Source: Mobula hypostoma
Lineage: Eukaryota
Assembly (NCBI RefSeq): GCF_963921235.1
Contig: NC_086108.1
Span: forward strand, 99,388,001-99,452,000
Reading direction: 5' to 3'
DNA length: 64,000 bases
Shown: one piece after another, positions 1 to 11,611 of the stretch
How positions within the stretch are numbered: position 1 is the first letter of the stretch
Layout of the letters: each line of letters opens with the position of its first letter
Made by a program: the position numbers and the translations under genes
Notes under the pieces: generated by a model
What the model was told of the DNA's origin: nothing
Databases searched by the model: none
What the model saw: only the letters and a program-made list of their open reading frames with translations

Positions 1-252
1 GATCAATCACATGTGACTTTGTCAGCAAAGGCATGGAATGTGGGATATCAGTGCCAACAGTCCTCCATTACAAGGAATCATTTCATTTCTGTGGAAACAT
101 TACCCTGAATTAAAACTCAGCAGCTCCGATTTCCTCTCTTGTGTAAAGAAGGTCAGGAACTGCTAAGCACTGCATTAGCACCAAGATAAGAAAATTCAGA
201 TTCAGATTCATTTATTTATCACATCTCAGAAACAATTACTTTCCCCGAGCAG

Positions 253-350
253 AGCACACAAAGTGCTGGAGGGACTCAGCAGGCCAGGCAACATCTATGG
301 AGAAGAGTACAGCTGATGTTTTAGGCCTGGGACCCTTCAGCAGTCCTGAT
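253..350 (-). mobile_element. PLE pseudo-LTR fragment with decayed hammerhead motif
   Basis: Matches the recurring 'cacacaaagtgctggagg.actcagcaggccaggca.catctatgg' unit. The reverse complement reads CTGCTGA-a-GGGTCCCAGGCCT-AAAA-CATC, a mutated HHR core. Confidence 0.7.
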
Positions 351-654
351 CTTGAATGTACATTAAAATATACAGTGAAATACATCATTCTCATAAACAA
401 CCAACTCAGCCTAAAGGTGTACTGGAGGCAGCCCGCAAGTGTCACCTCACATTCCGGCGCCAACGTAGCAGGCCCACAGTGGTCAGCAGAACAACACAAG
501 TGGCTGGATTCCTTCCACATTCCAAAGACATACGGCTTAGATTTAGTGAGTTGTGGGCATGTGATGTTGACACCCGAAGTGTGGTGACACTTGCAGTCCG
601 CTCAGTGCGATCCTCATTGATTTGATTCAAGTGTTTCGAGATAATTATGGAGAA

Positions 655-821
655 GGATAGACCTGGTCCTTGGGTTGAGATTCTAAATAGGAGGAAAACC
701 CACTTTCCGCTGGATCAGAAAGGATCTGACAAGTGTAGATTAGGGCAGGCTGTTTTCAGGCAAGTGCGTGCTTAGTAAATGGGAAGCCTTCAAAAGCAAA
801 ATTTTGAAAGTGCAGAGCTTG
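655..821 (+). mobile_element. CR1 LINE fragment (post-endonuclease region)
   Basis: Similar to 6110-6270 of the CR1 copy downstream ('gttgagatt.taaa', 'gatctgacaagtgt', 'tgggaagccttcaaaag'). Confidence 0.65.
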
Positions 822-1888
822 TACACCCAATGGCCACATTATTAGGTACCTTCTATTCCTAATAGAGTGGCCACTGAGTGTATATTCATGGCCTTCTGCT
901 TCTGGAGCCATTTACTTCAAGGTTCAATGTTCTGTGCATTCAGAGTTGCTATTCTGCAGAGCACTGTTATAAATCATGGTTACTTGAGGTACTGTCACCT
1001 TCCAGTCAACTTGAAACACTTTGGCCATTCTACTCTGACCTTTCTCATTAACAGGGCACTTTTGTCCTCAGAACTGCCACTCACAAGATGTCTCTAGTTC
1101 TTTTGCGCCATTCTCTGTCAACTCTAAAGACTGTTGTACTTGAAAATCCTAAGAGATAAGAAGTTTATGAGATACTCAAATTACCCTGTCTGACTCCAAC
1201 AACCATTCCATGGTCAAAGTGTCAGTACCTCCAGTTGAACTCTGTCTTTTTGTGTGTTTCCCCCTAGCTGTCAGTCTGTGGTTTTCTATTGCCATGCACT
1301 CCTGTCCCAACTCCTGCTCTACTCTGGCCCCTGTATTACTGAGTACTCCATCTCTCATCTCCTTCTCATTATCACCTGTATTGCTGCCACCTGTGTCTCA
1401 TTGTGCTCCACCTATCATTTTCCTCCCTGTTTATTGCTCAGTGTATTTCAGTCCTGTGTTTTCACCTGCTTGTGGCCAGATTGTACCAATGAATTTTCCT
1501 GAGCCTTTCCAGCATTTATATTGACTCTGCCTGGTTCCTGATCCTGGTTTTTGGATTTCTCTGGATGTTTTGATTTCTGCCTAAACTTTGATGCTGACTT
1601 TGTTTGCATCTTGGGATTTGTTACTCAATTAATACCACTATGTGCACAGTACTGGGTCTGCGATTGGGTCCCCGCTCCAGCATCCTGATGGTACAATCTG
1701 GCCCCTGACACAAAGTTACTTGGGTCACATTTCTTCCCTGTTCTGATGTTTGGTCTGAACAGCAACTTGCCTCTTGACCATGTCAACGTGCATTTATGAA
1801 TTGAGTTGCTGCCATGTGATTGGCTGATTAGATCTTTGCATTAATAAGCAACTGTACAGATGTAACCAATAATGTGGCCACTGAGTGT
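822..1888 (-). mobile_element. Non-autonomous Tc1-like DNA transposon, interrupted by a solo LTR
   Basis: TIR-like ends tacac.ca.tggccac.ttattagg / aatgtggccactgagtgt. The interior is the reverse complement of the Tc1 copies at 18761 and 56975. Confidence 0.75.
1220..1710. mobile_element. Solo LTR (Gypsy-like)
   Basis: Begins TGTCA and ends TGACA. It is flanked by a perfect 5-bp duplication CAAAG (1215-1219, 1711-1715) and interrupts the Tc1 sequence cleanly. Confidence 0.75.
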
Positions 1889-1964
1889 GTGTTCCTCTCT
1901 GAATAAAAGGCAAGGATAACAGGGTTAGGGAACTTAGGTTTTTGAGAGATATTGAGGCCTTGTT

Positions 1965-3205
1965 TAAAAAGAAGAGTGAGGTGCATTGGAGGTATATGCA
2001 GCAAGGAACAAAGGAGACACTTCAGGAATATAATTAATGCAAGAGAACACTTAAGATGGAAATCAGGAGAACTAGAAGAAGGCATAAGCTTGAGAAAACA
2101 AGGTGAAGGAAAATACTAAGGCCTTCTGCAGATAAGTTAAGAGCAAAAGGATAGCAAGGGATAAAATTGGTCCTTGTGAAGATCAACATGGTCATCTACA
2201 GTATACATGGAACCAAAGGAGATAAGGTGAGGTAATCTTAAATGGATGGTTACATCTGTATTTACTTGGGAGACAGACACAGATCCTATAGAAATGAGAC
2301 AAATCAGTGATGAGGTCGTGGACCATATACAGATTACAGAGGAGGAAGTGCTTGCTGCCCTGAGGTAAATTAGAGTGGCTATATCTCCAGGGCCTGACAA
2401 GGTGTCCCCTTGGACCTTATGGGAAGATATTACAGAAATTACAGGGGCCCTAGCAGTGATATTTAAAGCAGATTTAGCCACAGGTGAAGTGCTATAGGGC
2501 TGGAGAATAGCTAAAGTTGTTTTGTTGTTTAAGAAAGACTCTAAGAGCAAACCAGGAAATTACAGGCCGGTGAGCCTGTCATTGGTAGTTGGTGTGTTTT
2601 AGAATGTATTCTAAGGGACCAGATAGAAATGTATTTGGATAGTAGGAACTGAATAAGGATAGTCAACATTGACTTGTGTGCGTTAGCTCATGTCCAACCA
2701 ATCTTAGAGTTTTTCGAGGAGATTACCAGGAAAGTTGATGAAGAAAGTGGATGTTGTCTACATGGACTTTTTAGTAAGATCTCTGACAAGGCCCCACATG
2801 GGAGGTTGCTTAAGAAGGTTCAGTCATTTGGCGTTCCAGATGACATAGTAAATTGAACTCACGGGAGAAGGCAGCAAGTGGTTGTAAATGGTTGCCTCTC
2901 TGACTGGAGGCCTGTAATACTGGTTTGCTGCAGGAATCAGTGCTGGGACCCGATGACAACGTGGTAAATTGAATCAGCAAATTTGTGAGTGGCACCAAGG
3001 TTAGGGGTATAGTGGACAATGAGAAAAGTTATTACAGCTTGCAATGGGATCTAGACCAACTGGAAAAATGGCAGATGAAATTTAATGCAGACAATCGTGA
3101 GATGTTGCACTTTAAGAGGACAAGTCAGGGTAGAACTTAATGAATGACAGGGCACTGAGGAGTCTGTAGAACAGAGGGGAATCTGAGAATACAGTTCCAT
3201 AATTC
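1965..3205 (+). mobile_element. Decayed CR1 LINE ORF2 (RT region)
   Basis: Frameshifted CR1 motifs: PGNYRPVSL, LEFFEEITRKVDE, DKAPHGRL, KWQMKFNAD. Confidence 0.85.
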
Positions 3206-3515
3206 CCATGGTCATGTGCTTTGGTAGTAGAAATAAATGTGTGGACTATTTTCTAAATGGGGAGAAAATCAGAAAATCTGAGATGCAAAGGGACTTGGGA
3301 GTCCTGGTGCAGAACACCCTAAAGGTTAACTTGCAGGTAGAGTCAGTGGTGAGGAAGGCAAATGCTATGTTAACATTCATTTCAAGAGGTGTAGAATACA
3401 AGAGCAAGGATGTGATGCTGAGGCTTGATAAGGCACTGGTCAGGCCTCACCTTGAGTATTGTGAAGAGCTTTGGGCCCCTCATCTTAGAAAAGATGTGCT
3501 GACATTGGAGAAATT
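3206..3515 (+). mobile_element. CR1 LINE ORF2 C-terminal fragment
   Basis: ORF 3208-3522: QRDLGVLV...KANAML.FISRG...LVRPHLEYC. Confidence 0.85.
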
Positions 3516-4087
3516 CTCGTGATTGATTGATTGATTATTTATTTGTTCATTCATTCATTCTGTTTGCATTTATATAGTTTCTTGTCATTTGGTTATTGGA
3601 TTTATCGAATATGCCTGCAAGAAAATAAATCCCAGGGCTGTATATGGTGACACATATGTACTTTGATAATAAATTTACTTTGAATTTTGAACTATGAGTC
3701 CCGTCAAGTATATCATCCCATTCTTTGTAATATCCACAAAACGATGGAGGTAGTGTGGAAATAATACTTCCTTGATCCGAAGGGACTGTCTAAGAAGGAG
3801 AAAAATGTTTCTATTTGCAATGTTGGTAGAACAGATGTATTCTGAGGTCTGGTGTAGTTTGTGGGCACAATGTTGAACAGCAGAGTCGGATATGGGACAC
3901 TAAGATCTTATTGTAGAGGAAGAAAGTGATGTGGCAGACTGGTGTGCTGGACATGAGGTTCGGCTTCCCTCTGGGCTCCTGGTGTCTGCCAACATTGAGA
4001 GGAGGCCTGAGAGCAGTTGTTTGGCAATGGGCCAGTGGCCTTGACGTGCTTTTATCTACATAAATACTAGTTTATGAGAGGGATGTA

Positions 4088-4565
4088 TGGGGTATTCAGG
4101 GAGGGGTAGCATCTCTGAGAAGAGGCTTGTCATGTCTATTCTGGGGCAGCTCACTCACGTTTGGCCCCCACTAGAGTCTCAGCTCCCACCTGTAGCTCCT
4201 AGTAGTTGTTTGCAAGTGATAGCAGCCACACCCCGGTATACTGCTTTGGCAGGTGGGGATAGTCAGTGGGCCTCGTACTCCGATGAGATAGGGAAATGTC
4301 TGTTCTAGCATGTGAAGTCATGTGCAATGAACAGTGAGATCCAATGGCCAAGAAGGTGTTTCCGCACCGCTTTGTGGAGAGCGAAGGGCATGACAAGGCA
4401 CAGAAGTAGTCAGGGTCATTCACTGCAACCAGGGAAGATCCCAGTTGTGACAACTGTTCATACCAGTGGACTTAAACTTCCAAGGTCAAGAGAGTGGAAC
4501 TGCCCCAGTGCAGTGGCTTTTCCACTTTAAAAACTCTCCCACACAGGTTTCCTGTCATCATTGTC
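4088..4565 (+). mobile_element. RTE-clade-derived non-autonomous element (5'-UTR-like)
   Basis: Colinear with the reverse complement of 15996-16845 ('cagggaggggtagca.ctctg', 'ctcagctc.cacctgt.gctcc', 'gcatgtgaag.ca', 'gacaag.cacagaag'). The RTE assignment is by resemblance only. Confidence 0.5.
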
Positions 4566-5559
4566 AACCAATCACCGAATCAGTTTATGACTTTCTAAGG
4601 GGGTTGTGTGAACTTGTAATCAGATCTTTCATGATTCATTGCCAGCCTTGGATATTTGTGCCTAATTCTTTTAGTCTCTGTGTCACTGCTCCCCTCTCCC
4701 ACATTCTTGTACACTTACAGTAGAAAATGTAAACAAGTTCAGCATCAGGACTAAACATAGGTAGTAGTTTCAGCTTTCAAAATTCAATTTGCTAGTCTTT
4801 AACCTGTATAAAAAAAACACAAATTAAATTGAATTAAGACATGAGGTTTGTTTCTCTGTCAGCTTTCAGTGTGTTTACATTAACAGACTGTAAATAAAGC
4901 TGGTATAATAATTATAAACTGCTTGAAAAAAATGGATTTGGCTGCAGTAACAAGAATGATTTGTCTCTCTGAGCCTGGATGCTTAGAGTTCTGAAGCACG
5001 AAGGTGGGAAACGAGCTGAGGTGAGACTGGATAGGCCGGTTTGTCATCTTAAACATAGAACACTGGCCCGTGATGTTGTGCTGACCCTTTAACCTACTCT
5101 AAGATCAAACTAATCTTTGCCTCTTATATAGTCCTCCATTTTCTCTTATTCGTGAACCTATTTAAGAGTTTCTTAAATGCCCCTAATGTATCTGCTGGCA
5201 GAGCAATATAGGCACACACCACTCTCTGCGTAACGAACTTATGTCTGCCATACCCCCTATACTTTCCTGAAATTACCTTAAAATTATAGCCCCTCGTTCC
5301 TTGTAGCAGAGGAGACTGATGAACATTACAAGGGACATCATAACAGAGCAAATAGAATAACAATATTACGATGAGAGTGACCTAGTTTAAATTCCATCAC
5401 TGTCTGTAAGGGGTTTACCATGAATGCGTGGGTTTCCTCTGGGTGCTCTGGTTTCCTCCCACGTTCCCACAGTGTCTGAGCTGCATATATTTCAAAGCAA
5501 GAAGTACTGTATCATAGGAAAGGTGGATGCACACAGGGCATAGATCAACACCTGGAATT

Positions 5560-6397
5560 ATATCATAGCCATTACCGAGTCTTGTTTGCAGGAGGGGCAG
5601 GACTGACAGCTCAATATTCTGGGGTTCCATTGTTTTAGATGTGACAGAGCAGGAGGGATTAAATGGGGAGGGGTGACGTTACTAGTCAAAAAATGTCATG
5701 GCAGTGCTCCCTCAGGACAAACTGGAGAACTTGTCTAGTGAGGTGTTATGGGTAGAACTGAGAAATAAGAAAGGTATGACCACATTAATGGGGCTATATT
5801 ACAGACCATCCAACAATCCTAGGGATTTAGAGGAACAAACTTATAGAGAGGTTGCAGACTGTTGTAAGAAACATAAGGTTGTTATAGTGGGTGATTTTAA
5901 CTTTCCACATATTGACTGGGAATTGCATAGTGTAAATGACTAGGTAGTTTAGAGTTTGTCAAATGTGTTCAGGAAAATTTCCTTAATCAGTACATAGAAG
6001 TCACACTGAGAGAGCTTGCTATTAGGGAATGGGACAGGACAGGTGACAGAAGTTTGTGTAGGGGAATGCTTTGCATCTAGTGACCACAATGCCATAAATA
6101 TGCAAAAAGGTAGGTCCACAGGTTGAGATTTTAAAGTGGAAAAAAGGCCAGTTTTGATGGTGGCAGAAATGATCTGACAAGTGTGGACCGGGACAGGTTG
6201 TTTTCTGGCAAAGGTGCACTTGGAAAGTGGGAAACCTTCAAAAGTGGAAATTTGAGAGTACAAAGTTTCTATGTGTCTGTCAGGATAAGAAGGTAAAGAG
6301 AACAAATGTAGGGAACCTTGGTGTTCAAGAGATATTGAGGCCCTGATTAAGAGAAAAGAAGAGGTGCATAGTAGGTAGGAACAAATGAGGTGATTAT
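5560..6397 (+). mobile_element. CR1 LINE, apurinic endonuclease region (continues at 8985)
   Basis: ORF 5698-5943: EVLWVELRNKKG...GLYYRP...IVGDFNFPHIDW. An SDH motif follows downstream. Confidence 0.85.
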
Positions 6398-8985
6398 CAC
6401 AACAGAAAAAAGAAGTGATATAGGATGGGTTGAGACAAGACACTGCAAGGATAAAAGGACGTTGGTGCAGTTATATACAGGCCTCCCAACAGTGACTGGG
6501 AGGTGGACCACAGATTACAGCAGGAAATAGAAAGGTGTGTCAAAAGGGCAATGTTATGGTAGTCATGGGACATGCAGGTCGATTGGGAAAATTAGGCTGG
6601 TAATGGATCTCAAGAGAGTGGGTTTGTTGAATGCCTAAGAGATGGCTTCTCAGAGAAGTTTGTCGTTGAGCCTATGAGGGGATCAGTAATACTGGATTGG
6701 GTGTTATGAACTAGAGGTGATCAGGGAGCTTAAAGTAAAAGCACCCTTAGGAACCAGTGATCACAATACAATTGAGTTCAACTTGAATTTTGACAGGGAG
6801 AAAGTAAAGTCTGATGCAGCAGTATTTCAGTGGAGTAAGGGAAATTACAGTGGTATGAGAGAGGAATTGGCCAAAGTAAATTGGAAGGATTTGCTGGCAG
6901 GGATGTCAGCACAGCAGCAATGGTGTGTTTCTGGGAAAAATGAGAAAGGTGCAGGACATGTGTATGCCAAAAATGAAGAAATATTCAAGTGGTAAAATAG
7001 TACAACCATGGCTGCCAGGGAAGTCAAAGCTATTGTAAAAGAAAAGAAAGAGCATTCAACAAAGCAAAAATTAGTTGGAATATAGAGGATTGGGAAGCTT
7101 TTAAAAACCTACAGAGAGCAATTAAAAATCATTAGAAGGGAAAAGATGAAATATGAAAACAAGCTAGCAAATAATATCAAAGTGGATAGTAAAAGTATTT
7201 TCAAGTATATTAAAAAATAAAAGAGAAATGAGAGTGGATATAGGACTGTTAGAAAATGAGAAATAATAACGGGGACAAGGAGATGGCTAATGAACTAAAT
7301 GAATATTTTGTATCAGTTTTCACATAGCAGTATGACTGATGTTGTAGTGTGTGAAGGAAGAGAAGTGGGTGCAGTTACTATTACAAGAGAGAAGGTGCCC
7401 AAAAAGCTGAAAGAACTAAAGGTATATAAGTCACCTGGACCAGATGAACTGCACCCTAGTGTTCTGAAAGAGGTAGTGTTAGAGATTGTGGTGGCATTAG
7501 AAATGATCTTTCAAAAAATCATTGGACTCGGGCATGGTGCCAGAGGACTGGAACATTGCAAATGTCACTGCACTCTTTAAGAAAGGAGCAAGGCAGCAGA
7601 AAGGAAATTATAGACCAGTTAGCCTGACCTCAGTGGTTGGGAAGATGTTAGCGTCAATTGTTAAGGATGAGGTGATGGAGTACTTGGTGACACAGAACAA
7701 GATAGGACAAAGTCAGCATGGTTTCCTCAAGGGAAAATCCTGCCTGATGAACCTGTTGGAATTCTTTGAGGAGATTACAAGTAGGATAGATAAAGAGGAT
7801 GCAGTGAGTGTTGCATATTTGGATTTTCAGAAGGCCTTTGACAAGGTGCCACACATGAGGCTGCTTACCAAGTTAAGAACCCTTGGTATTACAGGAAAGT
7901 TACTAACATGGAGACAGCAAGTGGGAATAAAAGGATCTTTTTCTGGTTAGCTGCCACTGACTAGTGGTGTTCCGTAAGGGTTGGTGTTGAGACCACTTCT
8001 TTTTATGCTGTATATCAATGATTTAGATGATGGAATAGATAGCTTTGTTGCCAAGTTTACAGATGATACGAAGATTGGTGAAGTGCAGGTAGTGTTGAGG
8101 AAACAGGTAGAATACAGAAGGACTTAGATAGATTTGGAGAATGGACAAGAAAGTGGAAAATGAAATACAATGTTGGAAAATGCATGATCATGCACTTGGT
8201 GGTAGAAGTAAATGTGCAGACTATTTTCTAAATGGGGAAAAAATCCAAAAATCTGAGATGCAAAGGGACTTTGGAATCCCTGTGCAGAACACCCTGAAGG
8301 TTAACTTGCAGGTTGAGTTGGTGGTGAGGAAGGCAAATGCCATGCTAGCATTCATTTCAAGAGTTCTAAAATACAACAGCAAGGATGTGATGCTGAGGCT
8401 TGATAAGGCACTGGTGAGGCCTCACCTTGAATATTGTGAGTATTATTTTGGGCCCCTTATCTTAGAAAAGATATGTTGGCATTGGAGAGAGTCCCAGAGG
8501 AAGTTCCTTAGGATGATTCCAGGCATGAAAGGGTTATTATACAAGGAACGTTTGATGGCTCTGGATCTGTACACGCTGGAATTCAGAAGGATGAGGGGAG
8601 GTCTCATTGAAACATTTCAAATGTTGGAAAGCCTAGACAGAGTAGATGTGGGAAGGATGTTTCCCATGGTGGGAGAGTCTAGGACAAGAGGGAACAGCCT
8701 CAGGATAGAGGGGTGTCCATTTTAAAACAGAGATGCAGAGAAATTTCTTCAGCCAAAGGGTGGTGAATTTGTGGAATTTATTACCACATTCAGCTGTGGA
8801 GGTCAAGTCATTGGGTGTATTTAAGGCAGAGATTGATAGGTTCTTGATTGGACATGGCATCAAAGGTTAGGCGGGGAAGGCTGGGAACTGGGGTTGAGGA
8901 AGAGAAGAAAAAAGAATTAGCCATGATTGAACGGTGAAGCAGACTTGATGGGCCAGGTGGCCTAATTCTGCTCCTATGTCTTATG
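6398..8985 (+). mobile_element. CR1 LINE, near-complete decayed ORF2 plus 3' UTR, nested in another CR1
   Basis: PLGTSDHN, KSPGPDELHP, GNYRPVSLTSVVGK, QHGF.KGKSC, YLDFQKAFDKVPH, LVRPHLEYC. The 3' tail is 'ctgctcctatgtcttatg'. Confidence 0.9.
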
Positions 8986-10275
8986 AAGTTAAGAAATGCA
9001 AGAGAACACAAGAAGGAAATCAGGAAGGCGAAAAGAAGATATGATGTTCCTCAAGCAGTCAAGGTGAATGAAAATCCTGAGGGATTTGTCCTTTGTAAGA
9101 TCAGAATGGTAATCTACGTGTGGAACCAAAACAGAAGAGGATGATTTTAAATAATTTTTTTGCATGTTTATTTACTTAGGAGACAGACAGAGAGCCTATA
9201 GAAGTGAGACAAAGCAGCATTAACTTCCTGAATGCTGTACAGATTATAGAGGAGGAGGTAGGTGTTTGTTATCCCGAGGCAGATCAGGGTGGATAAATCT
9301 CCGCGACTTGACAAGGTGTGACTGCCCTTGGACCGTACGGGAGGCGGGTACAGAATTTGCTGGGGCCCTAACAGAGATAATTAAATCATTTTTTGGTGAC
9401 AAATAAGCTACCAGAGGACTGGAGGATAGCCAATGTTGTTCCGCTGGTAAAGAAAGACTCAAAAAATAAACCTGTAAATTATAGGCCAGTGAGTCTGATA
9501 TCAGTTGTGGGTAACTTATTAGAGATATTCTAATGGACCAGATATATAAATATTTGGATAGACATGGACTGATTAAGGATAGACAGCATGGCTCTATGTG
9601 TGGTAGGTCATGTCTAACCAATGTTACAGAGTTTTTCGAGGAAGCCACCAGACTAGTGGGTGAAGACAAGGCAGTGGATGTTGTCTACATGGACTTTAGT
9701 AAAACATTTGTCAAGATCCCACATGGGAGGCTGGTCCAGAAGGCAATTCACTCAGCATTCAAGATGAGGAAGTAAATGGATTAGACATTGGCTTTGTGGG
9801 ACAAGCCAGAAAGTGGTAGTAGATGGTTGCCTCTCTGACTGGAATTCTGTGATTAGTGTGTGTCGCAGGAATCGGTGCTTGGTCCATTGTTGTTTGTCAT
9901 CTGTATCAACCTTCTGAATGATGTTGTTAACTGGATCATCAAATTTGTGGATGACACCAAGATTGGTGATGTAGTGGACAGAGAGGAAGGCTATCATGGC
10001 CTGCAGAGGGATCTGCATCAGCTGGACAAATGGGCTGAAAAAAGGTAGGTGGAATTTAATGCAGACAAGTGTGAGGTCTTGCAGTTTGGTAGGACCATCC
10101 ATGGTAGGTCTTACACCGTGAATGGTAGGGCGTGAGGAGTGTGGAAGAACAAAGGGATCTGGGAATATGGGTTCATAATTTATTGAAGGTGGTGTTATAG
10201 GTAGATAGGGTTGTAAAGAAAGCTTTTGGCACATTGGCCTTCATAAATCAAAGTACTGAGTACAGGAGATGGGAT
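8985..10275 (+). mobile_element. CR1 LINE RT region (continuation of 5560-6397)
   Basis: QHG...GRSCLTN.TEFFEE, VDVVYMDFSK, SVLGPLLFVI.IN, FVDDTK. Confidence 0.85.
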
Positions 10276-10276
10276 A

Positions 10277-10625
10277 GCAACACACAAAAAAGTTGCTGGT
10301 GAACGCAGCAGGCCAGGCAGCATCTATTGGAAGAGGTACAGACGACGTTTTGGGCTGAGATCCTTCGTCAGGACTAACTGAAGGAAGAGCTAGTAAGAGA
10401 TTTGAAAGTGGGAGGGGGAGGGGGAGATCTGAAATGATAGGAGAAGACAGGAGGGATGGAGCCAAGAGCTGGACAGTTGATTGGCAAAAGGGATATGACA
10501 GGATCGTGGGACAGGAGGCCAAGGGAGAAAGAAAAGGGGGAGGGGGGATAAAAGCCCAGAGGATGGGCAAGGTGTATAGTGAGAGCGACAGAAGGAGAAA
10601 AAGGAGAGAGAGAAAAAGAATGTGT
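10277..10625 (-). mobile_element. PLE pseudo-LTR fragment with hammerhead motif (GAAA mutated to AAAA)
   Basis: Same subfamily as the 16539 palindrome ('gttgctggtgaacgcagcagg', 'ggactaactgaaggaagag'). The reverse complement reads TAGTC-CTGACGA-A-GGATCTCAGCCC-AAAA-CGTC-GTCT. Confidence 0.8.
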
Positions 10626-10639
10626 GAGATGAGTCATAC

Positions 10640-10908
10640 AGCTCTCATTACATGTACATGCAGTTCAACTCTTTGAGTGATTATGCAGAAAGTTTGAAGT
10701 TGATAACTTATCTCCCTCTACCTTAGGCTACAAACTTATCAATCACCCCGGCTGTGGACCACTTCTACAAAGAAGGGATCCGTATGCTCCACGACCGCTG
10801 GACTAAGTGTGTAAATGTAGGAGGGGACTATGTTGAAAAATAAATGTGCTAGGTTTTCTAAAATTGACCCCTTCTACTAGACCACAAACTTATCAATCAC
10901 CCCTCGTA
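10640..10908 (+). mobile_element. Mariner transposon 3' remnant
   Basis: 10763-10843 translates FYKEGIRMLHDRWTKCVNVGGDYVEK*, the typical mariner transposase C-terminus. A TIR-like end 'aacttatcaatcacccctcgTA' follows. Confidence 0.8.
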
Positions 10909-10909
10909 T

Positions 10910-11345
10910 ATGTCACAATATACAACCCAGAGATTCATTTTCCTGCGGGCATACTCTGCTCTTCGGAAGTCTGCAATCAGTTCCTTGCTCTTGCTGACAT
11001 TGAGTGAGTGGCTGTCGTTATGGCATCACTCAGCCAGATTTTTCAGTTTCCATCCTGTATGCTAATTCATCACCACCTTTGACTGGGCCCACAACAGTTG
11101 TGTCATCAGCAAACTTTCAAATGGTGTTGGAGCTGTGCTTAGCCACACAGTCATACGTGTAAAGCAAGGAGAGCTTTAGGGGACTAAGCAAAAAGCCTTG
11201 TTGCACCTGTTCCAGAGGAGATGGTGGAGGATGGTGTTGTTGCCAATCCGAACTGACTGGGGTCCGCAAGTGAGGAAATCGAGGATCCAATTGCATAAGA
11301 AAGTATTGAGGCCAAAGTCTTGGAGCTTATTGATTAGTTTTGATT
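10910..11345 (-). mobile_element. Old Rex1/Babar-like LINE fragments
   Basis: The reverse strand encodes decayed RT motifs (FADDTTVVG, WILDFLT). The 3' UTR-like piece is shared with other copies. Confidence 0.6.
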
Positions 11346-11611
11346 ATTGTTTAGTTATTGATTCAGCTTTCATATGCAGGCCCACGACTACAATAGTTAG
11401 TGACATGTTGTACAGCAGCAGACTGAGATGTCTGAATGGGCACTCATGAAATTCTAGGCTACTATAAAAATTCAAAGTAAATTAGCAAAGTACATATACA
11501 GTAGAGTATATTACCTGAGTTCATTTTCTTGTAGGCATTTACAGGAAAAAAGAAATACAACAGAATTTTATTTGTTGGCTGGTAATGGTTTACAACGCCA
11601 GCAACCCAGGT

